NCBI GenBank assembly: GCA_951406725.2
Contig: OX597828.1
Coordinates: 57,784,001 to 57,848,000, forward strand
Reading direction: 5' to 3'
From: Octopus vulgaris
Taxonomy: Eukaryota
DNA: 64,000 nt
Positions 1 through 14,320 of the stretch are shown here, piece by piece. The notes under the pieces are model-generated. The model saw nothing but the letters and a program-made list of their open reading frames with translations, was not told the origin of the DNA and did no database searches. Every line of letters starts with the position of its first letter. Positions within the stretch are counted from its first letter, which is position 1. Position numbers and translations under genes: made by a program.

Positions 1-55
1 TTCTCACATAGTCTCCGTTTTTCTCAATACCAATGTTCCACCTTTGAATGAGAGC

Positions 56-209
56 ATCGACCCCAGTGCGTAACTGGTACTTATTTCATCGACCCCGAAA
101 GGATGAAAGGCAAAGTCGACCTCGGCGGAATTTGAATTTAAAACGTAACAGCAGACGAAATACGGCTAAGCATTTCGCCCGGCGTGCTAACGTTTCTGCC
201 AGCTCGCCG
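56..209 (-). mobile_element. tRNA-derived SINE, family A (Nin/Deu-domain-like), partial
   Basis: Reverse complement reads GGCGAGCTGGCAGAAACGTTAGCACGCC...GCCTTTCATCCTTTCGGGGTCGATGAAATAAGTACCAG, as in many other copies in the window. Confidence 0.85.
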
Positions 210-1008
210 GGGGTACTATATTGGGTAGACTGAACCAAAGAAATTGGTGAATGCTTTCCAAATGCAGAGTTTGTTTGTCGAGGTAATACTTTAAAGTGTA
301 CAAACGTTTGAATACCCACACTGTCCCTCTTATCATTGAAGAAATCCCAGAATGAATTGAAGTACAGTCGAAGATTTTACTTCTATTTGTCTAACTAGCT
401 AGCTGTCTACCTCTCTATGTATGTGTTTTTGTGTGCGTACCTGCGTGCGGGTGTGGATGGAAGGATGCATGCAGGCATACATTGCTGTATGTACGTATGT
501 TTAATGTATGTTCAGGGTTGCATGGGCGCATATTCTCTTACGATGATGTTCAAACGGAATCAAGGTGACCCACTGTACGTAACTATTGGGTGATATATAT
601 ACAAGCCACCAAACGATCAACTCTACAGTTTCTGTCTGCCTATTTTTACTCACAAATTATCAATCGAACGGATTTACATCGTATTTAAGATAGAATTATA
701 ATTATATCCTTAATAAACAGGCTTTGCCTAGTTGGTAAAATATACCTTGCAGCCAAAGATCATCAAGACTCTATTATATCCATGGAAATGAAGAAGCTTT
801 AAAGACACTGGATAGCAGAATCATTGCAGAACTGGAGAAATTACTTGTGATATGAATTCAACAATGTTCTCAATATTTTTTCTCTCTGCTTGCATTTGTT
901 GCATTTGAATGTAGGCACACTATTAGTAATGATTTATTTATTTGTAAAGGCTGAAATGCTTTTCCTAACGATGGCGCTCTATCAACGTTAGGTGATGATA
1001 TCTAAAAG

Positions 1009-1190
1009 TAGTGGCGTAACTAGACAGCTAGAGTGTGTGCCGCCCGGGATTTTCCTTGCGTTTGGAGCAACCCTGCCTACGTTTCCTCTATACACGCATA
1101 TACAATAAACCCAAATGTACTGCCCCTTAAAACCATCGTCTGGGGTAGACCCCTCTCCCCACCCAAATCCCGCGCCTAGCTACGCTACTG
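1009..1190. mobile_element. hAT-type MITE (Tip100-like TIRs)
   Basis: Imperfect TIRs TAGTGGCGTAACTAG / CTAGCTACGCTACTG; degenerate 8-bp TSD TCTAAAAG / TTTAAAGG. Confidence 0.65.
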
Positions 1191-1561
1191 TTTAAAGGCC
1201 CTATTTCCAAATCCAAATTGGCCAATGAACAAGGTTTATTAAAATACCGCAAAGAATTCTATCCGATGCTGTAGCGAATTTTCCCTTTTCACACATGAAT
1301 CAATATCTCATTATTCAGAATGCCATACCCTTCGAGGTCCATTGGCATCTTGCATTTGCAACTGACACAACAAATTTCGGCTGAGAGATGTGCAGTAACA
1401 TGAAACAAAATGTCTTGCCGAAGGACGCACCACACTGCTCGGCCATTGATGCGTATCTAAGTCCTTATGATCGTAAACGCAGCTATCTGAAATCTAGGCC
1501 TTCTCTCCAAAATAGATATCTACTTGCGTTTATTTATTCAAGTCTTTTTATTCTATTGTTC

Positions 1562-1954
1562 TCTTACATGTTTCAGTCATTTGACTGCGGCCATGCTGTA
1601 GCAGAACCATAAAGGGCTTTTTAATCGAAGTAATCGACGTCAGGGCTTATTCTTTGTAAGGCTAGTACTTATTCTATCGGTTTCTACAGCCAAGCTTCTA
1701 AGTTACAGAGACATAAACATGTCAACATCAAGCAACTGTGGAGGTACAAACACAGACAAAAATTCACAGACACACATATATATATACACACGACGGATTT
1801 CCATCAGTTACCGTCTACCAAGTCCACTCACAAGACTTTGGTCGACCCGAAGCTATAGTAGAAGACATTTGTCCAAGGTATCACGCAGTGGGAGTGAACC
1901 CGGAACCATGTGGTTGGTAAACAAGCTTCTTACCACACACTCACGCCTGCACCT
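1562..1954 (-). mobile_element. tRNA-derived CORE-type SINE, family B
   Basis: Diverged copy of the 29118-29508 element: tRNA head, CORE-like segment, internal microsatellite, CAGTCAAATGACTG tail. Confidence 0.85.
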
Positions 1955-2344
1955 ATGAATTCCAATTTCAAACATTGGAACAGTTAATTATGATTTCCAT
2001 CACTTCCGGGTCTGTGAAATAAAATAGCTATAACACGCGCATTTCGACCATGCTATAGTAATTTGCTACCTCGCGTTAGTACCAGATACAAAAGCAAAAC
2101 CCACGCTAAACATTGAGGTCTATGATTCACTCTATCTCCAAACTCTTTCATCCTCCTCTGTACACAAACACACACAGACAGACACACAAACACACTCAGA
2201 CACGCACACTCATACGTATACTCATATACATGTTGCTCTCTCCTCTATGAATAGCCGTAGTCATCATTGTGCTAGCAGTGATTTCTCCGATTTTGTTCGT
2301 ATCAGTCTCTATCACTATAAGTGTAAAGACGTTGATAGCGTGCA

Positions 2345-2562
2345 ATTTTTTTATTGCCCACAAGAGGGGACAAACAAGGACAGACAAACGGATTAAGTCG
2401 ATTACATCAACCCCAGTGCATAACTGGTACTTAATTTATCGACCCCGAAAGGATGAAAGGCAAAGTCAACCGCGGTGAAATTTGAACTCAGAACGTAACG
2501 GCAGACGAAATACTGGTAAGCATTTTGACCGGCGTGCTAACGTTTCTGCCAGCTTGCCGCCC
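2345..2562 (-). mobile_element. SINE family A, near full length
   Basis: Family A sequence with 13-bp TSD TTGATAGCGTGCA (2332-2344 / 2563-2575). Confidence 0.9.
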
Positions 2563-2982
2563 TTGATAGCGTGCATTGTTAAATGAAGCCTTACATATGA
2601 AATAAAGTCATACTGTGTGTTTGAGGGAGGCTGGGGACATAAAATAAGAGAGAGAAAAAGAGGAACATAGATGACTTTTTGCAAGCAATAAAAGAGAGGA
2701 ACTAAGAAATAATAAAAAAGTAAACACAAAAACGAGAAAATAAAGATTTAGAGAGACTGAGATAATTAGAATGGATCAGTTTTATGTGGTATGTGAACGA
2801 GATTATACGTCTCTGTGATGGACGAACCACCAGAGTTGTGAAAGTGAATGGGTCAGCAACACGGAGTATTATAACATTCAAGAATAGAAAGAGAAATGCA
2901 GGGTTTCTGTGTATGTGTTTGTGTATTCATGCATAAGGATATGTGCTTCTAAGTATATATGTACGTTGATCTGCACATCTTC

Positions 2983-3044
<62 letters not shown>

Positions 3045-3105
3045 GTGCGCGCGTGTGCGTATGTGTGTACATGTATGCATGCGTGTGTGTGTAAATACAT
3101 ATGTG

Positions 3106-3150
<45 letters not shown>

Positions 3151-3331
3151 GGGATTCAGATCAATTATGTACTTAAGTTGAAGCACTAAAAATTAGTACG
3201 GTATTAACCGTACAAGTTCAAAATATGGTGAATAAAATCAAAATAACCAACAGGATATCCAGAAGTGATGCAGTACGACCGTTTCAAGCGACTCCATTTA
3301 ATTTAACAATGCAATAATTACATCAATTTAA

Positions 3332-3419
3332 ATGCAGCTGAGGATAGCTCTGCATTTAAATTGATGCAATGATTGCATAGTTCAATTAAATGGAGTCGCT
3401 TGAAACAGTCGTACTGCAT
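3332..3419 (+). ncRNA. Type I hammerhead ribozyme motif with extended stem II
   Basis: Stem I AUGCAG/CUGCAU; core CUGAGGA (3338-3344); long stem II; GAAA (3402-3405); C-AGUC-G stem III; GUA cleavage triplet (3411-3413). Confidence 0.75.
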
Positions 3420-3441
3420 CACATCCTGTTGCTTACTTTGA

Positions 3442-3472
<31 letters not shown>

Positions 3473-3541
3473 CGTATGTATGTATGTATATGTGTGCGTG
3501 TGCCTGTGTGTGTGTGTCTGTGTGTGTCTGTGTATGTGTGT

Positions 3542-3600
<59 letters not shown>

Positions 3601-4444
3601 TCAAGGATCAAGCTGTAGGAAGATAGAGAACTTCAAGTAGTCTGTAGAAGATATTAAAAACAACTTTCAGAAACGATAGTGGTTCATCGGCGCTGACGTT
3701 TGCGTGTTTTGCTCGTACGATAAACTGAAAAAAAGGCTATTTTATAGTTCACAGTTAGCAGCTGAGGTTACTGTATATGCGAATCAATATCCAAAAATTA
3801 GGGAATGGAATAGATAAAAATTCAGGTTACATATCTTTCATAGCTGGCAGAATCTTGGAAGTAGTAATTATCCAAATGAGGGGTAGACCGTAAACTACTC
3901 ATCAGGTACGTTGAGAGTAATGTGCATATATAGTTTTATATATATTTATGTATATATGCAAAATCAGCGTGTAGATGCGTATATTTATAGATGTCTCTAT
4001 CCTTACATGTTGTTAAATTCCAATATATATATATATATATATATATATCGAGTAAATGAGTGTCTCTAATCATTCGCTGGACTCGTTAAAACAGTAGCTA
4101 AATCTCCCTCATATCAAACACACCGTTTTAACACTAAGAAAACATACCTTATACAATGCAATCCTAGATCCACAAAAAGACACCTAGATGGTCACTGGCG
4201 GAAGAATTTTGATCATGCTACTGCTCGGTCAAAATTTATCTCTGGTTCACAGAAGACTTTACACTATTTAGAGTGTTCATTATTCAGGTAGATATATATC
4301 CCGTAGTATACCCATTCTGTCAGCCTTTATCATATTTTTTATCCTTCACATATTTCAGTCACATCAGTCCAACACCTGTTGTCAAGCAGTGATTGTGGTG
4401 GAGACAAACACAGACTCACATATACATACATACATACACATACA

Positions 4445-5185
4445 TATAGAGGATGCGATCGGCAAATTGTCGCCATTTTATAGTTTTAACTTTGCGCATA
4501 CGCATGCTTGTTTTTTATTTTGTCGACTACCTAGTATAGTAGGGTCAACTGGGAACCGTCTGTGCAAAAAACAGCACCATGACACAATTCACTCTGACAG
4601 AAGTTCGCACTACTTGGCATTTGCGCGGGAAACTCTAATACGAACATTGCAGAGTGTTTGAGTATCAATTTGTGGACAGATAATCTCAGGACATGTAACA
4701 AGAGTGATAAAAATCAAGCATCCAGTCAACATCATGAACCTGTGTCCATTACAACATCATGGTGTTTGGAGTGATCACTAATGATGGCGACGTTATGCTT
4801 CCATTAATCTTCCTATGAGGCCTACATCAATTGCCTGGAGGAGGTAGTGCTGCCCTGGGCGAAGTGGGTGCCTGCTGGAAAGCCCTATGTCTGGCAACAG
4901 GACTCTGCACGCACCATGCCACAGAAGCAGGAGAACCCAGTCATGGCTGTCAAACAATTTCTGCGACCTTGAACTGAAGGAAAGGATTATGGCAGCATTC
5001 ACCGTCCAGAAAAGTTACAGGAGATTCCGAAGTTGTCTAGAGGTCGTGGTTAAAACCAATTCTGATTTTATTGAATAAATTTACTCTTTAGTATTTCAAG
5101 ATACTTTTATGTAATTTTGGTAAATATATCTGCTAATATGAGATGTGAGTATTATTGTGCTTTTTGCGTAATTTACACGACAGTT
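4445..5185 (+). mobile_element. Decayed Tc1/mariner (maT/DD37D-like) transposon
   Basis: Frameshifted transposase pieces [47 protein letters not shown]; degenerate TIRs at TA. Confidence 0.75.
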
Positions 5186-5197
5186 TATTCACTGCAC

Positions 5198-5282
<85 letters not shown>

Positions 5283-5283
5283 A

Positions 5284-5332
<49 letters not shown>

Positions 5333-5333
5333 G
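5182..5333. repeat. (TA)n microsatellite
   Basis: Direct reading. Confidence 0.95.
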
Positions 5334-5467
5334 TTTGAAGAATTCTGTACATAATATCATTCATGCGCAAGTATTTATAGGCTAAATATGACACTGGCAC
5401 TCACACAAATTATAGTACATGCACATATACAAACATCAGGCATACATACGCACACGCGTGTGCGTAT

Positions 5468-6064
<597 letters not shown>

Positions 6065-6630
6065 CTTTATGAAATGATACATGGAACAGAAGTAATACAA
6101 ATATATTATAGGTGTAATTTTGTTTCAAACCATTCATGAATAAACAATATGTATAAACACATATCATTTCTAAATTGAATGTACTTTAACAGTGAAAGAT
6201 TGAACTGTTTACAAAAACATACTCACACAGCAACACACATATGCATACCCACATATTTATATATATAAATATAAATATACAAAGCGAGAGGAAGAGAAGG
6301 GGAGAGAGGGGGAGATAGGACAGTTGTGCATGTACAAGATGTTCCCCAGCGCTGTATGTGCACTTTAGCAGCTTTTGACTCAATTAAATATTCTATTTAG
6401 CTTTGAACGAAATATATATAACACAACGTGCTAGTAGAACGAAATGAAAAAAAAAAACAGTTTGGGGGAGAGTTTTAAAGAGATATACCTCGCGGCTAGT
6501 AAGCTATTCAAGAACACAAAAACGCCGTTAGTTTCTCGGTACTACTTAAATACAGAGGTCCCTATGCATCTGCGTAACGATATGAAGGCGAGGGTGAGTT
6601 TTTAGGCTTAGTTTTAGGGTTAGTTTGTAT

Positions 6631-7041
6631 AGGAGTGGCTGTGTGGTAAGTAGCTTGCTTACCAACCACATGGTTCCAGATTCAGTCCCACTGCGTGGCA
6701 ACTTGGGCAAGTGTCTTCTACTATAGCCTCGGGCCGACCAAAGCCTTGTGAGTGGATTTGGTAGACGGAAACTGAAAGAAGCCCGTCGTATATATGTATA
6801 TATATGTGTATATTTGTGCGTTGTGTTTGTGTGTTGTGTTTGTCCCCCCCCCCCAAACATTGCTTGACAACCGATGCTGGTGTGTTTACGTCCCTGTAAC
6901 TTAGCGGTTTGGCAAAAGAGATCGATAGAATAAGTACTAGGCTTACAAAGAATAAGTCCTGGGGGTCGATTTCCTCGACTAAAGGCGGTGCTCCAGCATG
7001 GCCACAGTCAAATGACTGAAACAAGTAAATGAGTAAATGAG
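6631..7041 (+). mobile_element. CORE-type SINE family B, full length
   Basis: GGAGTGGCTGTGTGGTAAG A-box, GATTCAGTCCC B-box, CTTGGGCAAGTG CORE-like segment, LINE-like tail. Confidence 0.9.
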
Positions 7042-7637
7042 TATGAGAAAATATATAACGTTCACCTGCCATGTCACATTTCTTTCTCTTTATATTTTTC
7101 AAATATTTCGAATAGTTTACCTTTATCTATTTTCCTAAATAAAACCTGAAATTTTTTATTGATGTTTTTTGTACTGTATTTTAGACTCTTTTGTTTTTTG
7201 AAAACATTTTTGTCGCATCGCTTTCAATGTAGATCTTAGATAAATATTTTAATCTAGTTAAAGTATTCTATATATTTTTTTCTTTTGTTTTTTCTTCATT
7301 CATTTGTAGAAACACAAGCTATGTGTAATTGTATCTGTGCGTAGACAGACGTTAGAGTGAAATTTTGCCAAATAATTTATAAACCAAGTATGTACAGGTA
7401 AAATTAAATGAAACGGATATTTCTTCCCACTCCACTGGTTCCATTGAGTTGCTTTGCAAACTTTCCACGGATGAAGTTTATTCAAAAAATTGATGTTTCA
7501 CTTGATACAAAGGAAACACACGTCGGTAGATGTTAATTGCAGTTTTCTTGAGAACCTTTTTAAAGATTTAATTCCTGTGATTCTCAATGAGATTTCCTAT
7601 CAGGAATATGATATATTTTGTATTATACATATACTAT

Positions 7638-7800
7638 AGGCACATATATGGCTGTGTGGTAGGAAGCTTGCTTCCCAACCACATGGTTCCAGGTTCAGTC
7701 CCACTGCGTGGCGCCTTGACAGGCTGTCTTCTACTATAGTCTCTGGCTGACCAAAGTCTTGTGAGTGTATTTCATAGGCGGAAACTGAAAGAAGCCCGTC

Positions 7801-7833
<33 letters not shown>

Positions 7834-8008
7834 GATTTATGGGTGCGTACTTGTGTTTATACTTTCCCCACCAACACCGTTTGACAACCAATCTTGTGAT
7901 GTTTACCTCCCCGTAACTTTGCGACTCGGCAAAACAGACTGATAGAATAAGTACTAGGCTTTAAAAAAGCATAGCTCCAGTCAAATGACTGAAACAAGTA
8001 AAAGATAG
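7638..8008 (+). mobile_element. CORE-type SINE family B, diverged
   Basis: Similar to 6631-7041 with an internal deletion. Confidence 0.85.
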
Positions 8009-8208
8009 ATGGTAAATGTGATATACCATGTTCATATATTCTAATGTTTTCTATACTGTTCGTGATTTTGCATTTCGTTTGTCACCTTTTGCGTAGAACT
8101 AATTAGAAATTCAATATTTCTAATTTTGGTGATCAGTGAATTGATTTCACTGAAAATATATATATTTGCGGAGGCTTGGCATACATCTCAACAAGCAGGC
8201 CTTGCTAC

Positions 8209-8254
8209 CCTGGACTGATGACGAGCAAGACTCAGAAACATGCATGTCTCTAGG
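8209..8254 (+). ncRNA. Type I hammerhead ribozyme motif
   Basis: CCUGGA-CUGAUGA-C GAG caaga CUC A-GAAA-CAUGCAUG-UC^UCUAGG; palindromic stem III; C.A mismatch at the base of stem II. Confidence 0.75.
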
Positions 8255-10271
8255 TGCAGGCCCTAGCTAGTGGGGGTGCTTGTCTCCCCTTCGCAAATAT
8301 AAGGACACAAGAAATGTGTCAAAGCCGACAGGAGGCGTCGATGCTTCCTATGGCTAAATAGCAGTGGTGTGATTCCCTTTACAGGACTGTCAGGTTAAAT
8401 TGACAGTATACAACCACTCTAATTATTTACTATTCAATGTAAAACATGAGACCATGATTCAAATTCATTATTTGTATTGTATAAGGATTAGTGCTACGAG
8501 CAGTTAGTAGAGTTTGCGAATGGGACAAAATGTGTTGCGGTATCTGTTCCGTCTCTTCAGGTTCTGTCAAATCCCACCAAAGAGAATTTTGCTTTTCATC
8601 CCTTCATGGCTCTTCATTCAAACACTGAAGGCGAAAGTATCCACTTATGCACTGCCTTGAATCTCAAGCTTTTTGCATCTATTGAAAACATCTTGTGAGA
8701 AGATAATATTCATTCTTGATCTACATTGTTGCTCAACGCATATTAGAGTAAGAGTATTCGGGAAGTGGTCAGATCTAGTTAAATATATCTATTTTAGATT
8801 GATAAAATTCATTTTTTCATCCCCTACAGTGGCATACATCAGTATAGTTATATAATGTAGGTTATAGTTAATAGACAATTATAATTGTAGTTTGAGTGTA
8901 CTTAATGCAAATTAAGATTAAGCTTTCGAAAATTGGGTATAAAAAAACAAAGAGATACCCTCATCACAAAGCTTGACGAAATCGCTAAAAACTTAATTAT
9001 TTCACTTTGGGTAAGATTATTCAAATTGGTGCGATATTATTTGATAAGGGTGAAACTGATATCGGTTGTTCAGGAGAAACATTGTACAGCACAACCAAAT
9101 CCCATCACTGACCAACGCCCAAAGTCTGATTAAAGTAGAAAAATGGTGTCGTACGCACGTGTACTTTTCATACGGTTTTAGGAATGATATCTAACATATT
9201 CCTGTCATATACACAGTAATTTTTCATCCTTTGCGTGACATAAACCCTTCTCCCTCTCTGTTTTCAGCCAGAAGTAAATGTTTAAAAACAGTTGCTACCA
9301 ATTCTAAATCTAAACAGTCATTTGCAATTCGTCGGTGACGAGAGAAGGCGACGCGACAAAATAACTGTAATTCGTAACAGATGAATTCTGAATTTTTTCC
9401 CTACCAAACCACACCATTTTAAATGGACATTTAAATATATATCATAATATAATAAACTTTGTGGTATTTCCTTTATCGTCACGCTGAGGATATGGCGTGG
9501 AAATAGAAGGCTGTTAAATTACAAACGGGGAGTGAATGAGGGACAAATAAAACGAAAGTGAGTGGAAGGATGAGGTGTTTATGAGGCTGCACGCAGTGCA
9601 CAGAAGACAGATTGATAAGAGGAGAAGGAAAATAACAGGTGGCTGCAACACGTATTAAGGTCTTTGTATACATACATATATATATATATATATATCATGT
9701 GTGTGTGTGTGTGTGTGTGTGTGTACAAAAATATATTTATATATGTATATACATATATTACATACTAATATGTTTAATACATATAAAACAGTATATGTTT
9801 ACGCAATACATATAAAATACATGTCTAAAATAAAGAGGCATACATATATGTATAGATATATCGAATCTCCTGCGAGTCAACATGGGATCTCTTGACAACA
9901 ATGTAAACTTCATTTAATTAAGTTATCTTTGACTCGATGAGTAGCTAACGGATTACCATCGTTTGTGTAACTACTACTTCCGAGGTTCTCATAGCTATGA
10001 AACATATGTATCCTGGATTTAATCTACTCCATTCCCTAATTTGGGATTTTTATTCGCACACACAGCAACCCCAGCTGCTAAATGTGAACTATAAAATAAA
10101 TTTTTTTTTCAGCTTATCGAACTTTGATATGGGAAAAATTTGCAATCATTTATTACGCCAATAAACCACTATCGTTCCTGAAAGTTGTTTTTTATACCAC
10201 CTACGTACTGCTCGATGCTTACTAACTCCCTACACATTAATCCTTGCACCTTACCTTCAAGAGCGCGTACA

Positions 10272-10384
<113 letters not shown>

Positions 10385-10439
10385 CTTAGTGTTGGGGGTC
10401 ATCTTTACCTTGTTGTCTCCCCTACTTCTTACCTCTCAC

Positions 10440-10907
10440 GATGAAATGACAAGGGAGACAATCTCCCTATGGTCACAGATAGAGCCAGCTCACTGACGTT
10501 TCGCATGTTGATGCTTATCGTATCTTAATGCACATCAGTTGCTCTCATTGCGCCTAGGGTTAAACTCCTCTCGCCTTCTCAGCTCATAAGATTTCCGTTG
10601 TAATCATATGGTGCTTTCATAGACGGTAAAAGTGATAATTAGAAATAATTCGCAATTTTAGAACATAAAGGCAGAATAAATACGTCACTAAAAGGGCACT
10701 AATTAGGACCAGTGAAGAAGGACACTAATAAGCAACACTATTGCTAGAAATAAGAGTCAAAACAACTCAATACCCGCAAAAGAACTATGTTGATGAGATG
10801 ACAAGGGAGACAAGCTCCCTACAGTCGCAGGTTGAGCCAGATCACCGATGATTTCGCATTTTCATGCTTAACCCATCTTAACAGTCTTCAGCGGCTCTCA
10901 CCGCGCC
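10440..10907 (-). repeat. Two diverged ~115-bp direct repeats (period ~352 bp) with hammerhead remnants
   Basis: 10440-10554 aligns with 10792-10907. On the minus strand copy 1 has CUGAUGU-GCAU...AUGC-GAAACGUC and copy 2 has CUGAAGA. Confidence 0.6.
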
Positions 10908-10982
10908 ATCGGTGGTCTAGCTCTGTTTGTGATCTTAGAGAACTTGCATCTCTAGTCACCTCATTAAGATAGTGCTTTTGTG

Positions 10983-11215
10983 TAAGGGCGGCAAGCTTGC
11001 AGAAACGTTAGCACGTCGAGCGAAATGCTTAGCGATATTTCGTCTGCCGTTACGTTCTAAGTTCAAATTCTGCCGAGGTCGACTTCGCCTTTCATCCTTT
11101 CGGGGTCGATTAAATAAGTGCCAGTTACGCACTGGGGTCGATGTAATCGGCTTAATCCGTTTGTCTGTCCCTGTTTCTCCCTTCTGTGTGTAGCCCCTTG
11201 TGGGCAGTAAAGAAA
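10983..11215 (+). mobile_element. SINE family A, full length
   Basis: 18-bp TSD TAAGATAGTGCTTTTGTG (10965-10982 / 11216-11233). Confidence 0.92.
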
Positions 11216-11297
11216 TAAGATAGTGCTTTTGTGAGTATAGAGTTATTTTGACTCTTATTTCAAGCAAAACTGGTGCTAATTTGTGCCATTTAGTGCC

Positions 11298-11363
<66 letters not shown>

Positions 11364-11416
11364 GTGTAATATATGTACTTATGCATCGTATGTATGTATA
11401 TATAAGTACATCTACA

Positions 11417-11469
<53 letters not shown>

Positions 11470-12435
11470 ATATATATATATAAACACTTTTGGTGAGTAC
11501 TATTAAAAGCAAATATTACAATACGTGTATGTATATATTTGTGAGTTTACGCGTGTTTGAAGATATAAAAAGTATCTTTTTAATATATACGGTCCGTTAA
11601 ACTGTGTTGGTTTTCAAGAAGAAACAAAGGGTAATTCTCTAAAGACCTAAATGGACTCCTATCTTTGAAAGTTTTAGAAGTAGCATATGCATATTATTAA
11701 AAAGAAATTTGATTTCTATACCGGAAAGCGCAAACTTCTGTAAACCATTTAGTAAACGTCTTTTATGTCTCATGTGTTGGCAATTATGAATATTATTTAA
11801 TATACAAAATGTCCCTCTTCTTTGCGGTCTCGCTTGCTGACACAAATGTTTTGATGTAGGCAGTTTTATGAAAATGCGATAAGGTTTTTTTTTTTGTTTG
11901 TTTGTGTTTTTGAATAACCACTTGCCTTATTTTTGTTTCAATGAATATTAGTTGTGTTAATTTTTTCCCAAGGGTCTTCTAAACTTAAGTAAAATGAAAT
12001 CTATTTTAAATTGTGTTATTAAAATTGTTCGTAATTTTTTACTCCCTGTATCTTGCAAGTTATAATGTGACGATGTATATTTTCAGTATTCTGTTTGTAG
12101 TGTAACAGAATTTATTCCTCATATTTGCACGTTTTTCTTAAACACACCCTCACACACGCGCGCGCGCGTATATACACGCACTCATAGACAAACACACATA
12201 TATAGATATATTTATATTTATTTTTTGCCCCAATTCCACCGTTAATGGTTGACTTATCTTTATAATTGTGCACCACCCTAAAATGTATATATACACACAC
12301 GCATACATACACATGAGCGCGCACAAACATACACATACACATATATGTATATGTGTACATATGTACACATATATTTATATATATGCACACGCACACTCCC
12401 CCACCGACACACACACACACATATATATATGTATG

Positions 12436-12502
<67 letters not shown>

Positions 12503-12571
12503 GGTGTAATTTATAGAGCAAGCAGTAAACAGTTGTCTACAAATATCGGTCTCATTCTTTTGTTGTTATAC

Positions 12572-12614
<43 letters not shown>

Positions 12615-12884
12615 GTATGTATATATGTATGTATACATATATACTATACATATATATTTACAACAGGCTTGTTTCACTCTCCGTCACCCAAATCCACTCA
12701 CAAGACTTCCATTTTCTCGTCTATTCTTTTTAAACACTCCACCATCTCCTCCTCATGACCACACAAACTCCGAAGAAGGGCAGTTTGAAAATTCATGCCT
12801 TTACAGCTCTTCACCCGACGCCCCTCCATTAAACAAGAAGAAAAACTTTGCTCCGCCAAGACAACCCAAAAAAACACATGTAGA

Positions 12885-12927
<43 letters not shown>

Positions 12928-13844
12928 CTACATACATACATAAGACGAAAATCTGTACAGTTTTCTTTTAAAGAATTCAAATAAAAATGTAATGCTCATT
13001 TGAGACTAAACTAGGGAGCACTGTCCAATATGAAACTCTATGTGATCGAATACGAAACCATGTGACCGCGTAATTCATTTCTTATCCATAAAGCTATCTT
13101 TGCACTATTAGGTGTGTACAGGTGCCGGAATGACCGCATAATTTAAATGATCGCTTCTTAACCACGTCTCTTGCTCGGTAACGCTGTGTGGTATTTTTGA
13201 CAAGTGTCTATTGCTATAGATTGAAGTTGGCCTCGTGGGAAATTAGAAAGCCGTGTAGAAACCAGCCGCGTAGAATACACCTGAATTTTTCTCTCCAGTA
13301 CTAATTCATACTGTGACATCCTGATTCTGTATTTGGAATACTCAACCTCTTATACTATAATTCCATTATACTATATTCCGTGAATTTCTAAGGTCGAAAC
13401 TAGTAGATTATTCTCTGTTGAGTTATTTGTGAGTGTTTGCGTTTTGTACATGTTTGAATATGTATGTGTGTGTGCGAGCGTGTATGTGTGTGTGTGCGAG
13501 TATGTACGTGTGTGTGTGTGGGTTTCTGAGGCTATGGAATATACGATGTGTATGCTTATATTGAATTATGTTAGTATATTGTATATTCGTGGTAAGATAA
13601 CAGTTTACGTTACTGCAGTATGTTGTTGAAGAGCGATGTGAAATCTTGTATAAGTCGATTGAGGCCTAGTGTTTTATTTTTCAAATCCACGATTCATTAT
13701 AGCATGCTAATATTCTATACTAACGCCTGGACATTAAATTCATTTGTTTATATGGTTTCATAGAAAAATAAGTAGGTATTACAATATACGACGGTGTCAT
13801 ATATTGTTGCTACTGTTCCACACTTCAATATTCTTTTCTTCTCT

Positions 13845-14320
13845 AGGTACAAGGCCAGAAATCTTTGGCGAGGGGGCCAGTCGATTAGATCAACCCTAGT
13901 TCACAACTGGTACTTAATCTATCGACCCCGAAAAGATGAAAGACAAAGCCGACATCAGCGGAATTTGAACTCAGAACATAAAGACAGACGAAATTGCAGT
14001 TAAGCATTTCGCTTGGCGTGCTAAAGTTTCTGCCAGCTCCCCTTTCAATATTAAGAAAACACGTGAGTGAACAAATCAATGACTGCCTGTATTTAGCTAA
14101 CTTCTATCGACAATATTTCTTTCTCAATTTTGACAGATAATTTGTCAATATAAGGAATTACTAAGGCGGCGAGCTGGCAGAAACGTTAGCACGCAGGGCA
14201 AAATTATTAGCGTAGTTCTGAGTTCAAATTCCGCCGAGTACCAGTTGCGTACTGGGATCGATCTAACCGACTGGCTCCCTCCGCAAATGTTTCGGCCCTT
14301 GTGCCTAGAGTAGAAAAGTA
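13845..14320. mobile_element. Head-to-head pair of family A SINEs (13845-14042 minus; 14164-14320 plus)
   Basis: Family A motifs on opposite strands about 120 bp apart. Confidence 0.8.

Noticed and set aside
3850-3910. Minus-strand CUGAUGA-GUAGU...ACUAC
   Set aside because: Lacks GAAA and a cleavage triplet after stem II
13395-13415. GAAA-CUAG-UA, resembling the 3' half of a hammerhead
   Set aside because: No CUGANGA core upstream
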